From NCBI GenBank assembly GCA_963609725.1, contig CAVDLI010000001.1, forward strand, positions 1 through 57,230: 57,230 bases of DNA, given 5' to 3'. Each line of letters starts with the position of its first letter. Positions within the stretch are counted from its first letter, which is position 1. The translations under genes and the position numbers were made by a program. This document shows, piece after piece, positions 46,580 to 57,057 of this stretch. Source of the stretch: a bacterium. Lineage in GTDB: Bacteria; Spirochaetota; Spirochaetia; Sphaerochaetales; Sphaerochaetaceae. The notes beneath the pieces were generated by a model. It was not told the DNA's origin. It searched no databases and saw only the letters and a list, made by a program, of their open reading frames with translations.

Positions 46580-49165
46580 ATGACACAAAAAGCACAAAAA
46601 ACGTTGCAACATACAACACAAAACACAGCACAAGATAAAGCATCACAAAAAATTCAAAACACTAGGATTTCACATACTAAAGAAGCAATAGAAAAAGATT
46701 TTGCAGAACATCTTAAATACACTCAAGATGCAGATGTCTTTCACACTACAAAAGAGGGCCGTTATGAAGCATTGGCACTCACAATAAGAGATAGAATAAT
46801 TCATCAATGGGATATTTCAAGAAAAGAGCAAGACAAAGCTAAAGCAAAAAGAGTCTACTATCTTTCATTAGAATTCCTCATGGGCAGAGCCATGACCAAC
46901 AATATCATAAATATGGGGCTTGAAAATGAAGTAACAAAAGCTCTGAAAGATTTGGGATATACATATGAGGAACTTTCTGATGTAGAGCCTGATGCCGGCC
47001 TTGGAAATGGTGGACTTGGACGACTTGCAGCCTGTTTTTTGGATTCATTAGCAACATTAGAAATCCCTTCTTTTGGGTACGGAATACGTTATAACTATGG
47101 AATTTTCAGGCAGCAAATACGCAACGGTTACCAATTGGAGCAACCTGACAACTGGCTTAGATATGACAATCCGTGGGAAATACCAAGAACAGATCTTAGT
47201 TATACAGTAAACTTTGGAGGACGAGTTGAAGTTATAAGAGAAAACGGCAAAGACTTTTTCAAATGGGTAGACACTGACAAAGTACTTGGCATGGCTTATG
47301 ACATGCCAATTATCGGCTTTGGAGGAAAAACGGTTAATACTCTTAGATTGTGGAGTGCAAAAGCGGTTGAAGATTTCAGCTTTGAACAATTCAATGAGGG
47401 CGATTACACCGAGGCTGTACGAAGCAAAATTCAAGCAGAAAATATTAGCCAAGTCCTTTATCCAAACGACACGCAATACATGGGCAAAGTGCTTAGACTT
47501 AAACAGCAATATTTCTTTGTTGCATGCTCTCTTGCAGATATTGTAAGACGTTTCAAGCGCGAGAATGCTTCTTGGAGCAAATTTCCAGATTTTGCAGCAA
47601 TACAACTTAACGATACGCATCCATCAATTGCAATTGCAGAACTCATGCGAATTCTCATTGACCAAGAAAACCTTGAATGGGATAAGGCATGGGAGATAAC
47701 AAAACTTAGTATGGGATACACAAATCACACACTCATGCCTGAAGCTTTGGAAAAATGGCCTGTTCCAATGATGGAAAGTCTTTTGCCAAGACATATGCAA
47801 ATCATCTATGAAATCAACCGCCGTTTCCTTCAATATGCAGGAACTTTCTTCCCCATGAATACAGATCTTCAACGCAAAGCTATTGAAAAAGTCAGCCTAA
47901 TAGAAGAATCCAATCCAAAGAATGTACGCATGGCAAATTTGGCAATTGTTGGGTCTCATGCTGTTAACGGAGTAGCCCAACTTCACACTCAATTGCTAAA
48001 AAATAGCATGTTCCCTGAGTTTAACGTCATCTTTCCAGACAAATTCCAGAACAAGACAAATGGCATAACACCTCGCAGATGGCTGCTTTCTTCCAACCCA
48101 AAACTTGCAAAACTCATAACAAATGCCATTGGACCAGAGTGGATAACAAATGCTTCTAAACTAAAGGACCTTCTTCCTTATGCCGATGATTCTGCATTTG
48201 CAGAAGAATTTGCAAAAATCAAATCTCAGAACAAAAAAGATGCTGCTATATTTCTTAAGAAAGATTGCAACATAACAATAAATCCAAACACTATCTTTGA
48301 TGTGCAAGTAAAGAGAATTCATGAATATAAAAGACAACTCTTAAATGCTTTTAACATTGTACTTCTCTATCAAAGGCTAAAGAACGACAAGACATTTGCT
48401 CAAAACTTTGAGCCAACAACTTTCCTCTTTGGAGGAAAAAGTGCTCCAGGATATGTGAATGCAAAACTTTCCATCAAGTTTATAAACAACCTCTCTTTAA
48501 TGGTTAATATGGATAAGTCTACAAATGACTTGCTACAAGTTCATTTTATGCCAAACTACAGAGTTACAATGGCAGAGAATATAATCCCTGCTACAAACCT
48601 AAGTGAACAAATCTCAACAGCAGGCCTTGAGGCAAGTGGAACCGGAAACATGAAGTTCATGTTAAATGGGGCTCTCACAATTGGAACATTAGACGGAGCA
48701 AATGTTGAAATTGCACAAGAAGTTGGCCCTGATAATATCTTCATTTTTGGACATACAGAAGACCAGCTTGCCAAAATGAAAGAAAGTTACAACCCTTATG
48801 ACTTTATTCTTGCTAATGAAGAAATAAAAAGTGCTGTACAATTGATTAGATCCAATTATTTCAACACTACAGAGCCCAATATTTTTGATCCTCTTTTCAA
48901 TGACATTTTTGAAAAAAGAGACCGATACTTCATATTTGCAGACCTTGAAATGTATTCAAAAAGGCACCAAGAAGCTCTTGATTTATACAAGAACAACTTC
49001 ACGGACTTCAATAAGAAAGCAATAATCAATGTTGCTTCAAGTGGAAAGTTCTCATCAGATAGAACAATCCGTGAATATGCAGAACAAATTTGGAATACTG
49101 GAAGTTGTCCTGTACCTCTTAATACTGACATAGACACTTCTATTGAAGATGCAAGAAAGCATTAA
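46580..49165 (+). CDS. glgP: Glycogen/maltodextrin phosphorylase
   Basis: 861 aa, GT35 family, with PLP-site motif EASGTGNMKFMLNGALTIGTLDGANVE. Confidence 0.95.
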   Translation: MTQKAQKTLQHTTQNTAQDKASQKIQNTRISHTKEAIEKDFAEHLKYTQDADVFHTTKEGRYEALALTIRDRIIHQWDISRKEQDKAKAKRVYYLSLEFLMGRAMTNNIINMGLENEVTKALKDLGYTYEELSDVEPDAGLGNGGLGRLAACFLDSLATLEIPSFGYGIRYNYGIFRQQIRNGYQLEQPDNWLRYDNPWEIPRTDLSYTVNFGGRVEVIRENGKDFFKWVDTDKVLGMAYDMPIIGFGGKTVNTLRLWSAKAVEDFSFEQFNEGDYTEAVRSKIQAENISQVLYPNDTQYMGKVLRLKQQYFFVACSLADIVRRFKRENASWSKFPDFAAIQLNDTHPSIAIAELMRILIDQENLEWDKAWEITKLSMGYTNHTLMPEALEKWPVPMMESLLPRHMQIIYEINRRFLQYAGTFFPMNTDLQRKAIEKVSLIEESNPKNVRMANLAIVGSHAVNGVAQLHTQLLKNSMFPEFNVIFPDKFQNKTNGITPRRWLLSSNPKLAKLITNAIGPEWITNASKLKDLLPYADDSAFAEEFAKIKSQNKKDAAIFLKKDCNITINPNTIFDVQVKRIHEYKRQLLNAFNIVLLYQRLKNDKTFAQNFEPTTFLFGGKSAPGYVNAKLSIKFINNLSLMVNMDKSTNDLLQVHFMPNYRVTMAENIIPATNLSEQISTAGLEASGTGNMKFMLNGALTIGTLDGANVEIAQEVGPDNIFIFGHTEDQLAKMKESYNPYDFILANEEIKSAVQLIRSNYFNTTEPNIFDPLFNDIFEKRDRYFIFADLEMYSKRHQEALDLYKNNFTDFNKKAIINVASSGKFSSDRTIREYAEQIWNTGSCPVPLNTDIDTSIEDARKH

Positions 49166-49180
49166 CGGAGTTTTTGTAAG

Positions 49181-49843
49181 ATGACAATCGTAATGCTTGC
49201 AGCTGGAATTTCCTCTAGAATGGGAGAGCGCAATAAAATGATTCTCCCTTACAAAGGTATTCCAATGGTGGCCCATTGCTGCAATGAAGCCTTGCTTTTC
49301 CTTAACTCATTAAAAAATAAGACATCAAGGCCCTCTCTTATAATTGTCACAGGATATATGAAAGAAAAAGTAGAAGAAGCATTACAAACTTATGTAAATG
49401 CTTATGTGAATGAGTTGAACCTCTCTCAAAATGTAACAATCAAGATTGTACACAATGAAAATTTTGAAAAAGGCCAATATTCATCTACTGTTTGTGCTGT
49501 ATCTCAAGTGCAAGAAGGTGAAGATTTTTTTATCTCTCTTGCAGATATGCCTTTTGTCACAGCATTGAACTACAAAACGCTTGTGCCTTTACTAGAAAAC
49601 TATGACGCTGTAAGACCTTTTGTACAATCCCAAGAAGGGGCCTCTATAGAAGAAAACGATAAAGAGAAAAAACCAGGCCACCCTGTACTTTTGAGCTATA
49701 AATTAAAAAAGGCGATTGTTGAAAACCCTAACATTGGGTCTGTCAACCGCCTTCTTAAAGATTACAATGTCCGTGAAGTGTTATTTAATGACACTTCTTG
49801 GACTTTTGACGTAGACACTCCAGATGTCTACGCTAGCATCTAA
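49181..49843 (+). CDS. MobA/MocA-like nucleotidyltransferase family protein
   Basis: 220 aa. N-terminal [10 protein letters not shown] nucleotide-binding loop, LADMPFV and GHPVL motifs. Function not assignable beyond family level. Confidence 0.6.
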   Translation: MTIVMLAAGISSRMGERNKMILPYKGIPMVAHCCNEALLFLNSLKNKTSRPSLIIVTGYMKEKVEEALQTYVNAYVNELNLSQNVTIKIVHNENFEKGQYSSTVCAVSQVQEGEDFFISLADMPFVTALNYKTLVPLLENYDAVRPFVQSQEGASIEENDKEKKPGHPVLLSYKLKKAIVENPNIGSVNRLLKDYNVREVLFNDTSWTFDVDTPDVYASI

Positions 49844-52409
49844 CAATTTGAAGCTCTCCATTTGGAGCTGTAAGCTCAATTGTATCTCCGTCAGAGAATT
49901 TACCATGAAGCATATCCACAGCAAGAGGGTTCTCAACCAAAGTTTGAATAGCTCTTTTAATTGGACGAGCGCCATAGTCAGGATCAAACCCAGCATTAGA
50001 TACAAGTTCAACAACAGAGTCATCCCATTTGAGATGTAAATTCCTGTTCTCAAGACGCTGTGCAAGTTTTTTAAGCTGCAAAGTAACAATACCTTTGATT
50101 TGCTCTTTTCCAAGTTGATTAAACACAATTATTTCATCAATTCTGTTGATAAACTCAGGCTTAAACGACTGACGAATTACCTCAAGAACTGCTGCTTTAC
50201 CTTCTTCTGGACTATGAGCTTCCATAAGCTGTTTGCTCCCAAGGTTGCTTGTCATGATAATAATTGTATTTGTGAAATCAACAAGCCTTCCTTGCCCGTC
50301 TGTCAAACGTCCGTCATCCAAAATCTGGAGAAGAATATTAAAGACATCTGGGTGAGCTTTCTCAATTTCATCAAAGAGAACTACTGAATAAGGTCTTCTT
50401 CTTACTACCTCAGTCAATTGTCCTCCTTCGTCATATCCAACATATCCTGGAGGAGCTCCAATAAGTCTAGATACACTGAATTTTTCCATGTACTCAGACA
50501 TATCAATTCTTGTTAAAGCTTTCTCATCATCAAACAAGAAAGAAGCCAAAACTTTTGCAAGCTCTGTCTTTCCTACTCCTGTAGGACCTGCAAACAAGAA
50601 GGAACCCAATGGCCTATGCTCATCTCCAATACCTGTTTTATTACGTCTTATAGCATTAGAAACAGCACTTATTGCGTTATCTTGTCCAATAACTTTTTCA
50701 GAGAGGATTTTCTCAAGATTGAGATATTTTTGCATCTCAGAGCCCTGCATTTTTGCAACAGGAACGCCCGTCCATGAAGATACAATCCTTGCAATATCAT
50801 CTTCATCAACTTCTTCTTTGAGAAGCTTATGATCCCCTTGGATTTCTTTCAAATGCTCTTCCATCTTGGCAATTTCGCTTTGAAGAGAAGGAATTTTACC
50901 ATGTTTTATCTCAGCTGCTTTTGAAAGATCTCCAGACCTTTCTGCAATAGCTTCTTCATTCTTAAGGCTCTCTACTTGAGACTTCTTACTACGAATGTCC
51001 TCAATTGCACTTCTTTCATTTTCCCATCTTAAGTGCATAGCATCTCTTTCAGTTTGAAGGTCTGCAAGTTCTGCATTAATTTTTTCAAGTCTTGATTTTG
51101 AGGACTCATCATCTTCTTTAGAAAGCGCTTGTTGCTCAATCTTAAGTTGCAAGATCTTTCTTTCAATCTTATCTAGTTCTGTAGGCTGACTTTCTATTTC
51201 CATTTTAAGTTGACTTGCAGCCTCATCTATTAAGTCAATAGCTTTATCCGGCAAGTACCTGTTTGTAATGTATCTATTTGAAAGCACAGCTGCAGATACA
51301 AGAGCATCATCTTTAATTTTAACACCATGATGAATTTCATACCTGTCCTTAAGTCCCCGCAAAATAGCAATAGTATCTTCAACTGAAGGCTCAGACGCAT
51401 ACACAGGTTGAAATCTTCTTTCCAAAGCTTTATCTTTTTCAATATATTTCCTGTACTCATCAAGAGTTGTAGCTCCTATTGCATGAAGTTCTCCTCTTGC
51501 CAAGGCAGGTTTGATAAGGTTAGAAGCATCAGTTGAACCCTCTGCAGCTCCAGCACCAACAATAGTATGTAATTCATCAATAAAGAGAATTATCTTGCCT
51601 TCACTACGAGTAATTTCATTGACAACAGCTTTAAGACGCTCTTCAAATTCTCCTCTAAACTTAGCACCAGCAACTAGCGCTCCTACATCAAGAGCAAGAA
51701 GCCTCTTATCTTTTAGAGAATCAGGAACATCCCCACTGACAATTCTTTGCGCAAGCCCCTCAACAATAGCAGTCTTACCAACTCCCGGCTCTCCAATTAG
51801 AACAGGGTTATTCTTTGTTTTTCTAGACAACACTTGCATGACACGCCGAATTTCTTCATCTCTTCCAATAACAGGATCCATCTTGCCTTGGCGTGCCAAA
51901 GAAGTCATATCTTTGCAATATTTTTCCAAAGACTGATATTTGCTTTCAGCATCTTCGTCAGTTACTCTTTGGTTTCCTCTTATGCTTTGAAGAGCTTCCA
52001 TAAGAGCGTCACGAGTTATGCCATAACGTTTAAGAAGAGCCCCTACAGAGCCGTCATCATCAAGCATTGCTAAAATTACATGTTCTGTACTCACATACTC
52101 ATCTTTGAACTTTTCAGCTTCATTTTGAGCATTATTCAAAACTTGCAAGAGCCTGCCAGAAACTGTCTGGTTTACAGCTGTTCCATAAGCTTTTGGAAGA
52201 CGGTCAACCAAATTATGAGCATCTGAAAGTAAGTTTTGAAAGTTCACTCCAACTTTAGCAAATAGAGGTTCTGCAATCCCGTCCTTTTGCTGTAGCATAG
52301 AAAGGAACATATGCTCATTGCCAATCTCTGAGTTATTGTATCTATTTGCAAGATTTTCAGCCCCTTGCAAGGCTTCTTTCATTTTTATAGTAAATTTATC
52401 AAAATTCAT
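49833..52409 (-). CDS. clpB: ATP-dependent chaperone ClpB
   Basis: 858 aa with two AAA+ modules (GEPGVGKT and GPTGVGKT) and a long middle coiled-coil domain. GAGAGGTGA SD. Confidence 0.96.
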   Translation of the reverse strand: MNFDKFTIKMKEALQGAENLANRYNNSEIGNEHMFLSMLQQKDGIAEPLFAKVGVNFQNLLSDAHNLVDRLPKAYGTAVNQTVSGRLLQVLNNAQNEAEKFKDEYVSTEHVILAMLDDDGSVGALLKRYGITRDALMEALQSIRGNQRVTDEDAESKYQSLEKYCKDMTSLARQGKMDPVIGRDEEIRRVMQVLSRKTKNNPVLIGEPGVGKTAIVEGLAQRIVSGDVPDSLKDKRLLALDVGALVAGAKFRGEFEERLKAVVNEITRSEGKIILFIDELHTIVGAGAAEGSTDASNLIKPALARGELHAIGATTLDEYRKYIEKDKALERRFQPVYASEPSVEDTIAILRGLKDRYEIHHGVKIKDDALVSAAVLSNRYITNRYLPDKAIDLIDEAASQLKMEIESQPTELDKIERKILQLKIEQQALSKEDDESSKSRLEKINAELADLQTERDAMHLRWENERSAIEDIRSKKSQVESLKNEEAIAERSGDLSKAAEIKHGKIPSLQSEIAKMEEHLKEIQGDHKLLKEEVDEDDIARIVSSWTGVPVAKMQGSEMQKYLNLEKILSEKVIGQDNAISAVSNAIRRNKTGIGDEHRPLGSFLFAGPTGVGKTELAKVLASFLFDDEKALTRIDMSEYMEKFSVSRLIGAPPGYVGYDEGGQLTEVVRRRPYSVVLFDEIEKAHPDVFNILLQILDDGRLTDGQGRLVDFTNTIIIMTSNLGSKQLMEAHSPEEGKAAVLEVIRQSFKPEFINRIDEIIVFNQLGKEQIKGIVTLQLKKLAQRLENRNLHLKWDDSVVELVSNAGFDPDYGARPIKRAIQTLVENPLAVDMLHGKFSDGDTIELTAPNGELQIVRC

Positions 52410-52515
52410 ATTTCACCTCTCTATTGAGATACCACCACTAAGGATCTGTCCCTAAATTACGAAAAACAAAACAAAACGGCAAACGATAAATTGGAAACTT
52501 GCAAAATAGCAAACT

Positions 52516-52544
52516 TTGACTGTTTATTCTTTTTACAGTATAGT
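52516..52544 (+). promoter_or_regulatory. Near-consensus promoter (TTGACT-17 nt-TATAGT) placed for a leaderless TetR mRNA
   Basis: TTGACT at 52516-52521, a 17-nt spacer, then TATAGT at 52539-52544. ATG 52552 lies 7 nt after the -10 element and there is no SD. Confidence 0.5.
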
Positions 52545-52551
52545 AATGCTA

Positions 52552-53142
52552 ATGCCAAAATACATAGATCACGAACAAAGAAAAAAAGAAATACTCTATG
52601 CAGCTCTTGATGTTTTTGCTCGTGTTGGATACAAGGATGCAAACCTTGGACTTATTGCAAATTCTTGTGGCCTTTCTCGTACCACTGTTTACCAATATTT
52701 CAAAGATAAATCTGAAATTTTCCATTTTGCTGTAAAAAGCACAACAGACTTAATGTTTGAGAAATACTCAAGTCCAAAATGGAGTCTTATAGAAGATCCT
52801 GTTGATAGACTGAGTCTTCTAATGAGCGATATCTTAGATACTGCTGACTCTCATCAACGAGAAATCATAAATCTCATTACAATTCTTAAAGATATTGATG
52901 GGAACTTACATGAAGTAATAAAGAGAAGGACAGTAAAGCTCAATCTCCTTCTTTCTCGCATAATTCGTGAATGTCTAAAGAAAAACACTTCAAATTTGTC
53001 AAAAGACAAAAAGCCTCAAAAGGAAGCACAAAAACTTATTGTTTTAATAGAAAGTTACTGTTTTCAAACTGCATACCTTCCACAAAATAAAGAAACAGTC
53101 CGTGAACTTGTCACGGACCTTGTTGAAAGTTATAGAAACTAA
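52552..53142 (+). CDS. TetR/AcrR-family transcriptional regulator
   Basis: The track starts at TTG 52516; the likely start is ATG 52552 (MPKYIDHEQRKKEILYAALDVFARVGYKDANLGLIANSCGLSRTTVYQYF), which is followed by an N-terminal HTH. Confidence 0.8.
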   Translation: MPKYIDHEQRKKEILYAALDVFARVGYKDANLGLIANSCGLSRTTVYQYFKDKSEIFHFAVKSTTDLMFEKYSSPKWSLIEDPVDRLSLLMSDILDTADSHQREIINLITILKDIDGNLHEVIKRRTVKLNLLLSRIIRECLKKNTSNLSKDKKPQKEAQKLIVLIESYCFQTAYLPQNKETVRELVTDLVESYRN

Positions 53143-53161
53143 AACCTCTTGCCTTAACTTT

Positions 53162-54181
53162 TTATCTCTTATCTGTCAAATGAGAAACAAGAACAGCTTT
53201 AATCGTGTGCATTCTGTTTTCTGCTTCATCAAAAACAACAGAGTTAGGGCTACGAAATACTTGATCTGTGACTTCCATCTCTCCTGTTTCAAGACCATAT
53301 TTTTCACCATATTTCTTAGCTACGTCACGGGATACAACTGTTTCAAGATTATGGAAAGATGGTAAGCAATGCTCAAATAGTGTAGTATTTTTGCCAGTTG
53401 CTTTCATCAAATCCATAGTGACTTGATAATCACGTAAAAGCGCTATGCGCTCTTCCATTTTATCTTCTTCTCCCATTGACACCCAGACATCGGTATAAAT
53501 GATGTCAGCGTTCTCAACAGCTTCATATGCGTCTGTTGTAATCACAAGCTCGCTTTGGCTTTCTTTGGCGTAAGACTCGACTTGATCCATAAAAGAGCTT
53601 GTTGGGAAAAGTTCCTTTGGTGTGCCAATTGCAAAATCCATTCCAACTTTGGAAGCTCCAATCATAAGTGCCATAGCAACATTGTTTCTGCCATCCCCAA
53701 TATAAGCCATTTTCATCTTGTCTAAAGGCTTGTTCAAGTGCTCGCGTGCAGTGAGAAAGTCTGCCAAAACTTGGGTTGGATGGTCGTCGTCAGTAAGTCC
53801 GTTGAAAACTGGGACTTGGGAAAAATCTCTCAAATCCTCACACACTTTCATCTCAAATCCACGATATTCAATACCGTCATACATGCGACCAAGAACTCTT
53901 GCAGTATCCTCTATTGACTCTTTTTTGCCCATTTGAGAATTAGTCAAAAATGTAACATGTGCACCTTCATCATAAGCTGCAACTTCAAAAGAACAGCGAG
54001 TTCTTGTAGATGTCTTATCAAAAATAAGAACTATGTTTTTGCCTTCAAGAAGATGCCCTACTTCTCCACGCTTTTTCTTGGCTTTAAGCTCTGCTGCAAG
54101 GTCTATCATGTAAAGAATTTCTTCTTTAGAGTAATCTTTAAGTGTTAAAAAACTTCTTCCTTTTAAGCTAATTTCACTCAT
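53162..54181 (-). CDS. Ornithine carbamoyltransferase (anabolic versus catabolic not distinguishable)
   Basis: 339 aa with STRTRCSFE, SMG and HCLPSFH motifs. GGAGGA SD. Confidence 0.88.
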   Translation of the reverse strand: MSEISLKGRSFLTLKDYSKEEILYMIDLAAELKAKKKRGEVGHLLEGKNIVLIFDKTSTRTRCSFEVAAYDEGAHVTFLTNSQMGKKESIEDTARVLGRMYDGIEYRGFEMKVCEDLRDFSQVPVFNGLTDDDHPTQVLADFLTAREHLNKPLDKMKMAYIGDGRNNVAMALMIGASKVGMDFAIGTPKELFPTSSFMDQVESYAKESQSELVITTDAYEAVENADIIYTDVWVSMGEEDKMEERIALLRDYQVTMDLMKATGKNTTLFEHCLPSFHNLETVVSRDVAKKYGEKYGLETGEMEVTDQVFRSPNSVVFDEAENRMHTIKAVLVSHLTDKR

Positions 54182-54212
54182 AGACTTATCCTCCTATGTA
54201 ACTGTCATTGTG

Positions 54213-54230
54213 GAGGTTTTTGAAAACCTC
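54213..54230. repeat. Hairpin member of the dispersed motif family (GAGGTTTT-TG-AAAACCTC)
   Basis: 8-nt arms that are perfectly complementary. Lies between the rmuC stop and the carbamoyltransferase start. Confidence 0.75.
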
Positions 54231-54283
54231 TGTATTCAATTATTATCTTTAATTGTTGTTACTTCTTATTTTATCATTCATTT

Positions 54284-55549
54284 TCAGTCATCTTCAGTTG
54301 AATTTTCATCAATTTCGTTTGGGATTTCACTCGAAATCTCGTTTGGGATTTCGTTTTCAAGTTCTGGGCAGTCCACAGCTTCCACACTTTTGAGCTTTTT
54401 CCCCATAACCCGGTGGCGTGTACAAGCATTATCTACATCATGGCTTGCACTTTCAAGCTTCTTTTTTATTACCAAAAGAGCGTCTCCAAACTTGTTGTAC
54501 TGAGTCTTAACTTCTCCCAAAACATGCCATACTTCTGCACTTTTTTTCTCAATTGCAAGTGTTCTAAATCCCATTTGCAGACTATTAAGCAAACTAGCAA
54601 GTGTTGTAGGTCCAGCAAGCATTACATGGAACTCTCTTTGTAAGCGTTCTTGTAATCCTGCATTAGAAAGGACTTCTGCATATAAGCCCTCAATTGGCAA
54701 GAATAAAACAGCAAAGTCTGTAGTATGAGGAACATCTATGTATTTATCTCTAATATCTTTGGCCTCTTCTAAAATACGTTTTTCAAGAGCTTTTCTAAGG
54801 GCCTTTATACTCTCAGTATCCCCTGCTTGTGTAGCATCACAAAGCCTTTCATAATCTTCTCTTGGAAATTTTGAATCTATTGGAAGATAAACTGTGTTTT
54901 CTCTTCCAACTTCTTTTCCCGTTTCTTTGCTAGCACCTGGAAGTTTTACAGCAAACTCAACAGGGTCTCTACTTCCTATCTTTGTTATAACATTCTTATC
55001 ATACTGGCTAGGAAGAAGAATATCTTGTAAGATGCGCTCAGCTTGAAGTTCTCCCCAAATTCCTCGTGTTTTTACATTTGTGAGTACTTTTTCAAGATTG
55101 CCAACATCTTTTGCTAACGCTTGCATTTCTCCAAGTTGAGAATAAACACTTTCTAGCTGTTTTCTTACTTGGTCAAAAGATGTTGAAATTCTACTCTCAA
55201 GTGTTTTTTGAAGCTTTTGATCCACTGTTTCACGCATTTTTTCTAAGCGCTCGTCGTTATCTCTTCTTATATCATCAAGTTTTGTTTCAACAGTTTTTAC
55301 AAGTTTCTCATTGTCATTTCTAAATAATTCTAGCCGAGTATCGACCAAAGTATTCAAATCTAGACTTCTTTTACTCATTTCGTCTAAACGAGTTGCAAGG
55401 CTTGCACTTACACCTGTAAGAGAGTTTTCTGTTCGCCTAGAATTTTCATTTAGAATATTAAACTCTTCTTGATTTCTTTTTTGTTTAAGAAAAAGAAGAA
55501 CCAAAAGAATAATACAAACACACAATGCAATTAAAATAGCAATTTCCAT
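54284..55549 (-). CDS. rmuC: DNA recombination protein RmuC
   Basis: 421 aa. N-terminal TM helix, coiled coil and RmuC nuclease-like core (IWGELQAERIL..., LPIDSKFPREDYERL, AVLFLPIEGLY). Acidic repeat at the C-terminus. Confidence 0.88.
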   Translation of the reverse strand: MEIAILIALCVCIILLVLLFLKQKRNQEEFNILNENSRRTENSLTGVSASLATRLDEMSKRSLDLNTLVDTRLELFRNDNEKLVKTVETKLDDIRRDNDERLEKMRETVDQKLQKTLESRISTSFDQVRKQLESVYSQLGEMQALAKDVGNLEKVLTNVKTRGIWGELQAERILQDILLPSQYDKNVITKIGSRDPVEFAVKLPGASKETGKEVGRENTVYLPIDSKFPREDYERLCDATQAGDTESIKALRKALEKRILEEAKDIRDKYIDVPHTTDFAVLFLPIEGLYAEVLSNAGLQERLQREFHVMLAGPTTLASLLNSLQMGFRTLAIEKKSAEVWHVLGEVKTQYNKFGDALLVIKKKLESASHDVDNACTRHRVMGKKLKSVEAVDCPELENEIPNEISSEIPNEIDENSTEDD

Positions 55550-55573
55550 TCAAACTCCAAATCCAACACTTTA

Positions 55574-55605
55574 GTCAAAATCTAATCTCCACAAAGCTCA
55601 TTTCG
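55574..55605. repeat. 32-nt intergenic repeat, copy B (30/32 identical to 23-54)
   Basis: aatctccacaaagctcatttcgcaaatacctc. Lies just 3' of the MATE gene stop. Confidence 0.8.
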
Positions 55606-55620
55606 CAAATACCTCTAAAT

Positions 55621-57057
55621 TCACTCTGAAACGATATTTCTAATCCAAACGCCCCTTTTGACTAGAATATACCCTAAAATCCCTTTTAGTAAGTCTCCAA
55701 TCTGTACGCTTATGAAAATCCAAAGAACGCTAGCATTGGTAAATCGGCTTAAAATAAATGCGGTAGGCAAGCTCACAGCCCATACAAAAGCGCCATCAAA
55801 AAGGAAAGTAATGAAAGTGCGCCCTCCGCTTCTAAGTGTAAAATATGTTGCGTTTTTGAATGCTCCAAGAGGAAGACATGCAGCCTGGGCAAGAATAAGA
55901 ATGGTAGCAATGTGCTTTGCAATATCATTTGTGTTGTAAATTTGGGGGAAAATTCCAGAAATCAATGCCATAAAAACGCCCAAAATTGCACTTATGAATA
56001 TAGAGAACACAATAATTTTGCGGTCTGCGTCTTTAGCTTCTTCCATTTTGCCAGCGCCTAAAAGCCTGCCGATAATTATCCCAACAGACGAGCCAAATGC
56101 CAAAAAAACGACCTTAAACACATTGTTAAGCGTTTCTGCAATATTAACACCGGCTACAGCATTAAGTCCTCTTGTTGAGTAACACTGTACAAGAAGCGCC
56201 ATTCCAGAAGACCACAGCGCTTCATTAAGTAGCAAAGGAAATCCTTTTTTTGTAATATTTTTGCTAAGCTGTTTTGGGACTTTCAAAGTTGAGTATAACC
56301 CGCTAGCAAAAGGCTGCTTGTCTTTGTGAATATGAGTCCAAATTATGACAATTGCAGCCTCCACAAATCTAGAAATAACAGTTGCAATTGCAGCTCCACG
56401 CACGCCCAAATAAGGGAAACCAAACTTTCCATAAATCAGCAAATAATTGAAAACGAGATTGACTAAAACGGCTACAACACCAGCTTTCATTGGCAAAACA
56501 GTCTCACCGCACTCTCGTAGCGTACTGGAATAAACTTGCACCAACATAAAAGGAAACAGCCCAAAGAAAATCACATCTATGTACTCTAAGCCGCTTTGGA
56601 GAGCAAACGCCAAATCTCCTCCATCCTCGCTATTATGCAAATAAATTCCAATAAGCTTATCGCCAAAGACCGATAACACAATAATAGCCAAGCCGGTTAA
56701 GACTGCTGCAAGTATGAGCTTAAACCTAAACGAATTTCTGATTCCTTCGTTGTCATTTTTACCATAAAACTGAGCTGTGAAAATGCCTGCCCCTGAGAGT
56801 CCACCAAAAATGCAAAGGTTATAAATAAAAATCAATTGGTTGGCAATAGCAACGCCCGACATTTGCTCAGTACTAAGTCTACCAACCATTATATTGTCCA
56901 GCATACTTACAAAATTCGTGAACCCATTTTGAATCATGATGGGAACAGCAATGCCAAGAAGCATTTTGTAAAATGCCCTGTCGCCAATATATTTGCTCAT
57001 TTTATTAGTCATATCCTTGTTAGTCATCTCTTTATTAGTCATCTCTTTATTAGTCAT
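55621..57057 (-). CDS. MATE-family efflux transporter
   Basis: 478 aa with 12-TM MATE topology. The N-terminus MTNKEMTNKEMTNKDMTNKMSKYIG is encoded by a 15-nt tandem repeat, and five in-frame ATGs lie between 57057 and 57000. The true start is uncertain; MSKYIG at 57000 is plausible. Confidence 0.85.
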   Translation of the reverse strand: MTNKEMTNKEMTNKDMTNKMSKYIGDRAFYKMLLGIAVPIMIQNGFTNFVSMLDNIMVGRLSTEQMSGVAIANQLIFIYNLCIFGGLSGAGIFTAQFYGKNDNEGIRNSFRFKLILAAVLTGLAIIVLSVFGDKLIGIYLHNSEDGGDLAFALQSGLEYIDVIFFGLFPFMLVQVYSSTLRECGETVLPMKAGVVAVLVNLVFNYLLIYGKFGFPYLGVRGAAIATVISRFVEAAIVIIWTHIHKDKQPFASGLYSTLKVPKQLSKNITKKGFPLLLNEALWSSGMALLVQCYSTRGLNAVAGVNIAETLNNVFKVVFLAFGSSVGIIIGRLLGAGKMEEAKDADRKIIVFSIFISAILGVFMALISGIFPQIYNTNDIAKHIATILILAQAACLPLGAFKNATYFTLRSGGRTFITFLFDGAFVWAVSLPTAFILSRFTNASVLWIFISVQIGDLLKGILGYILVKRGVWIRNIVSE

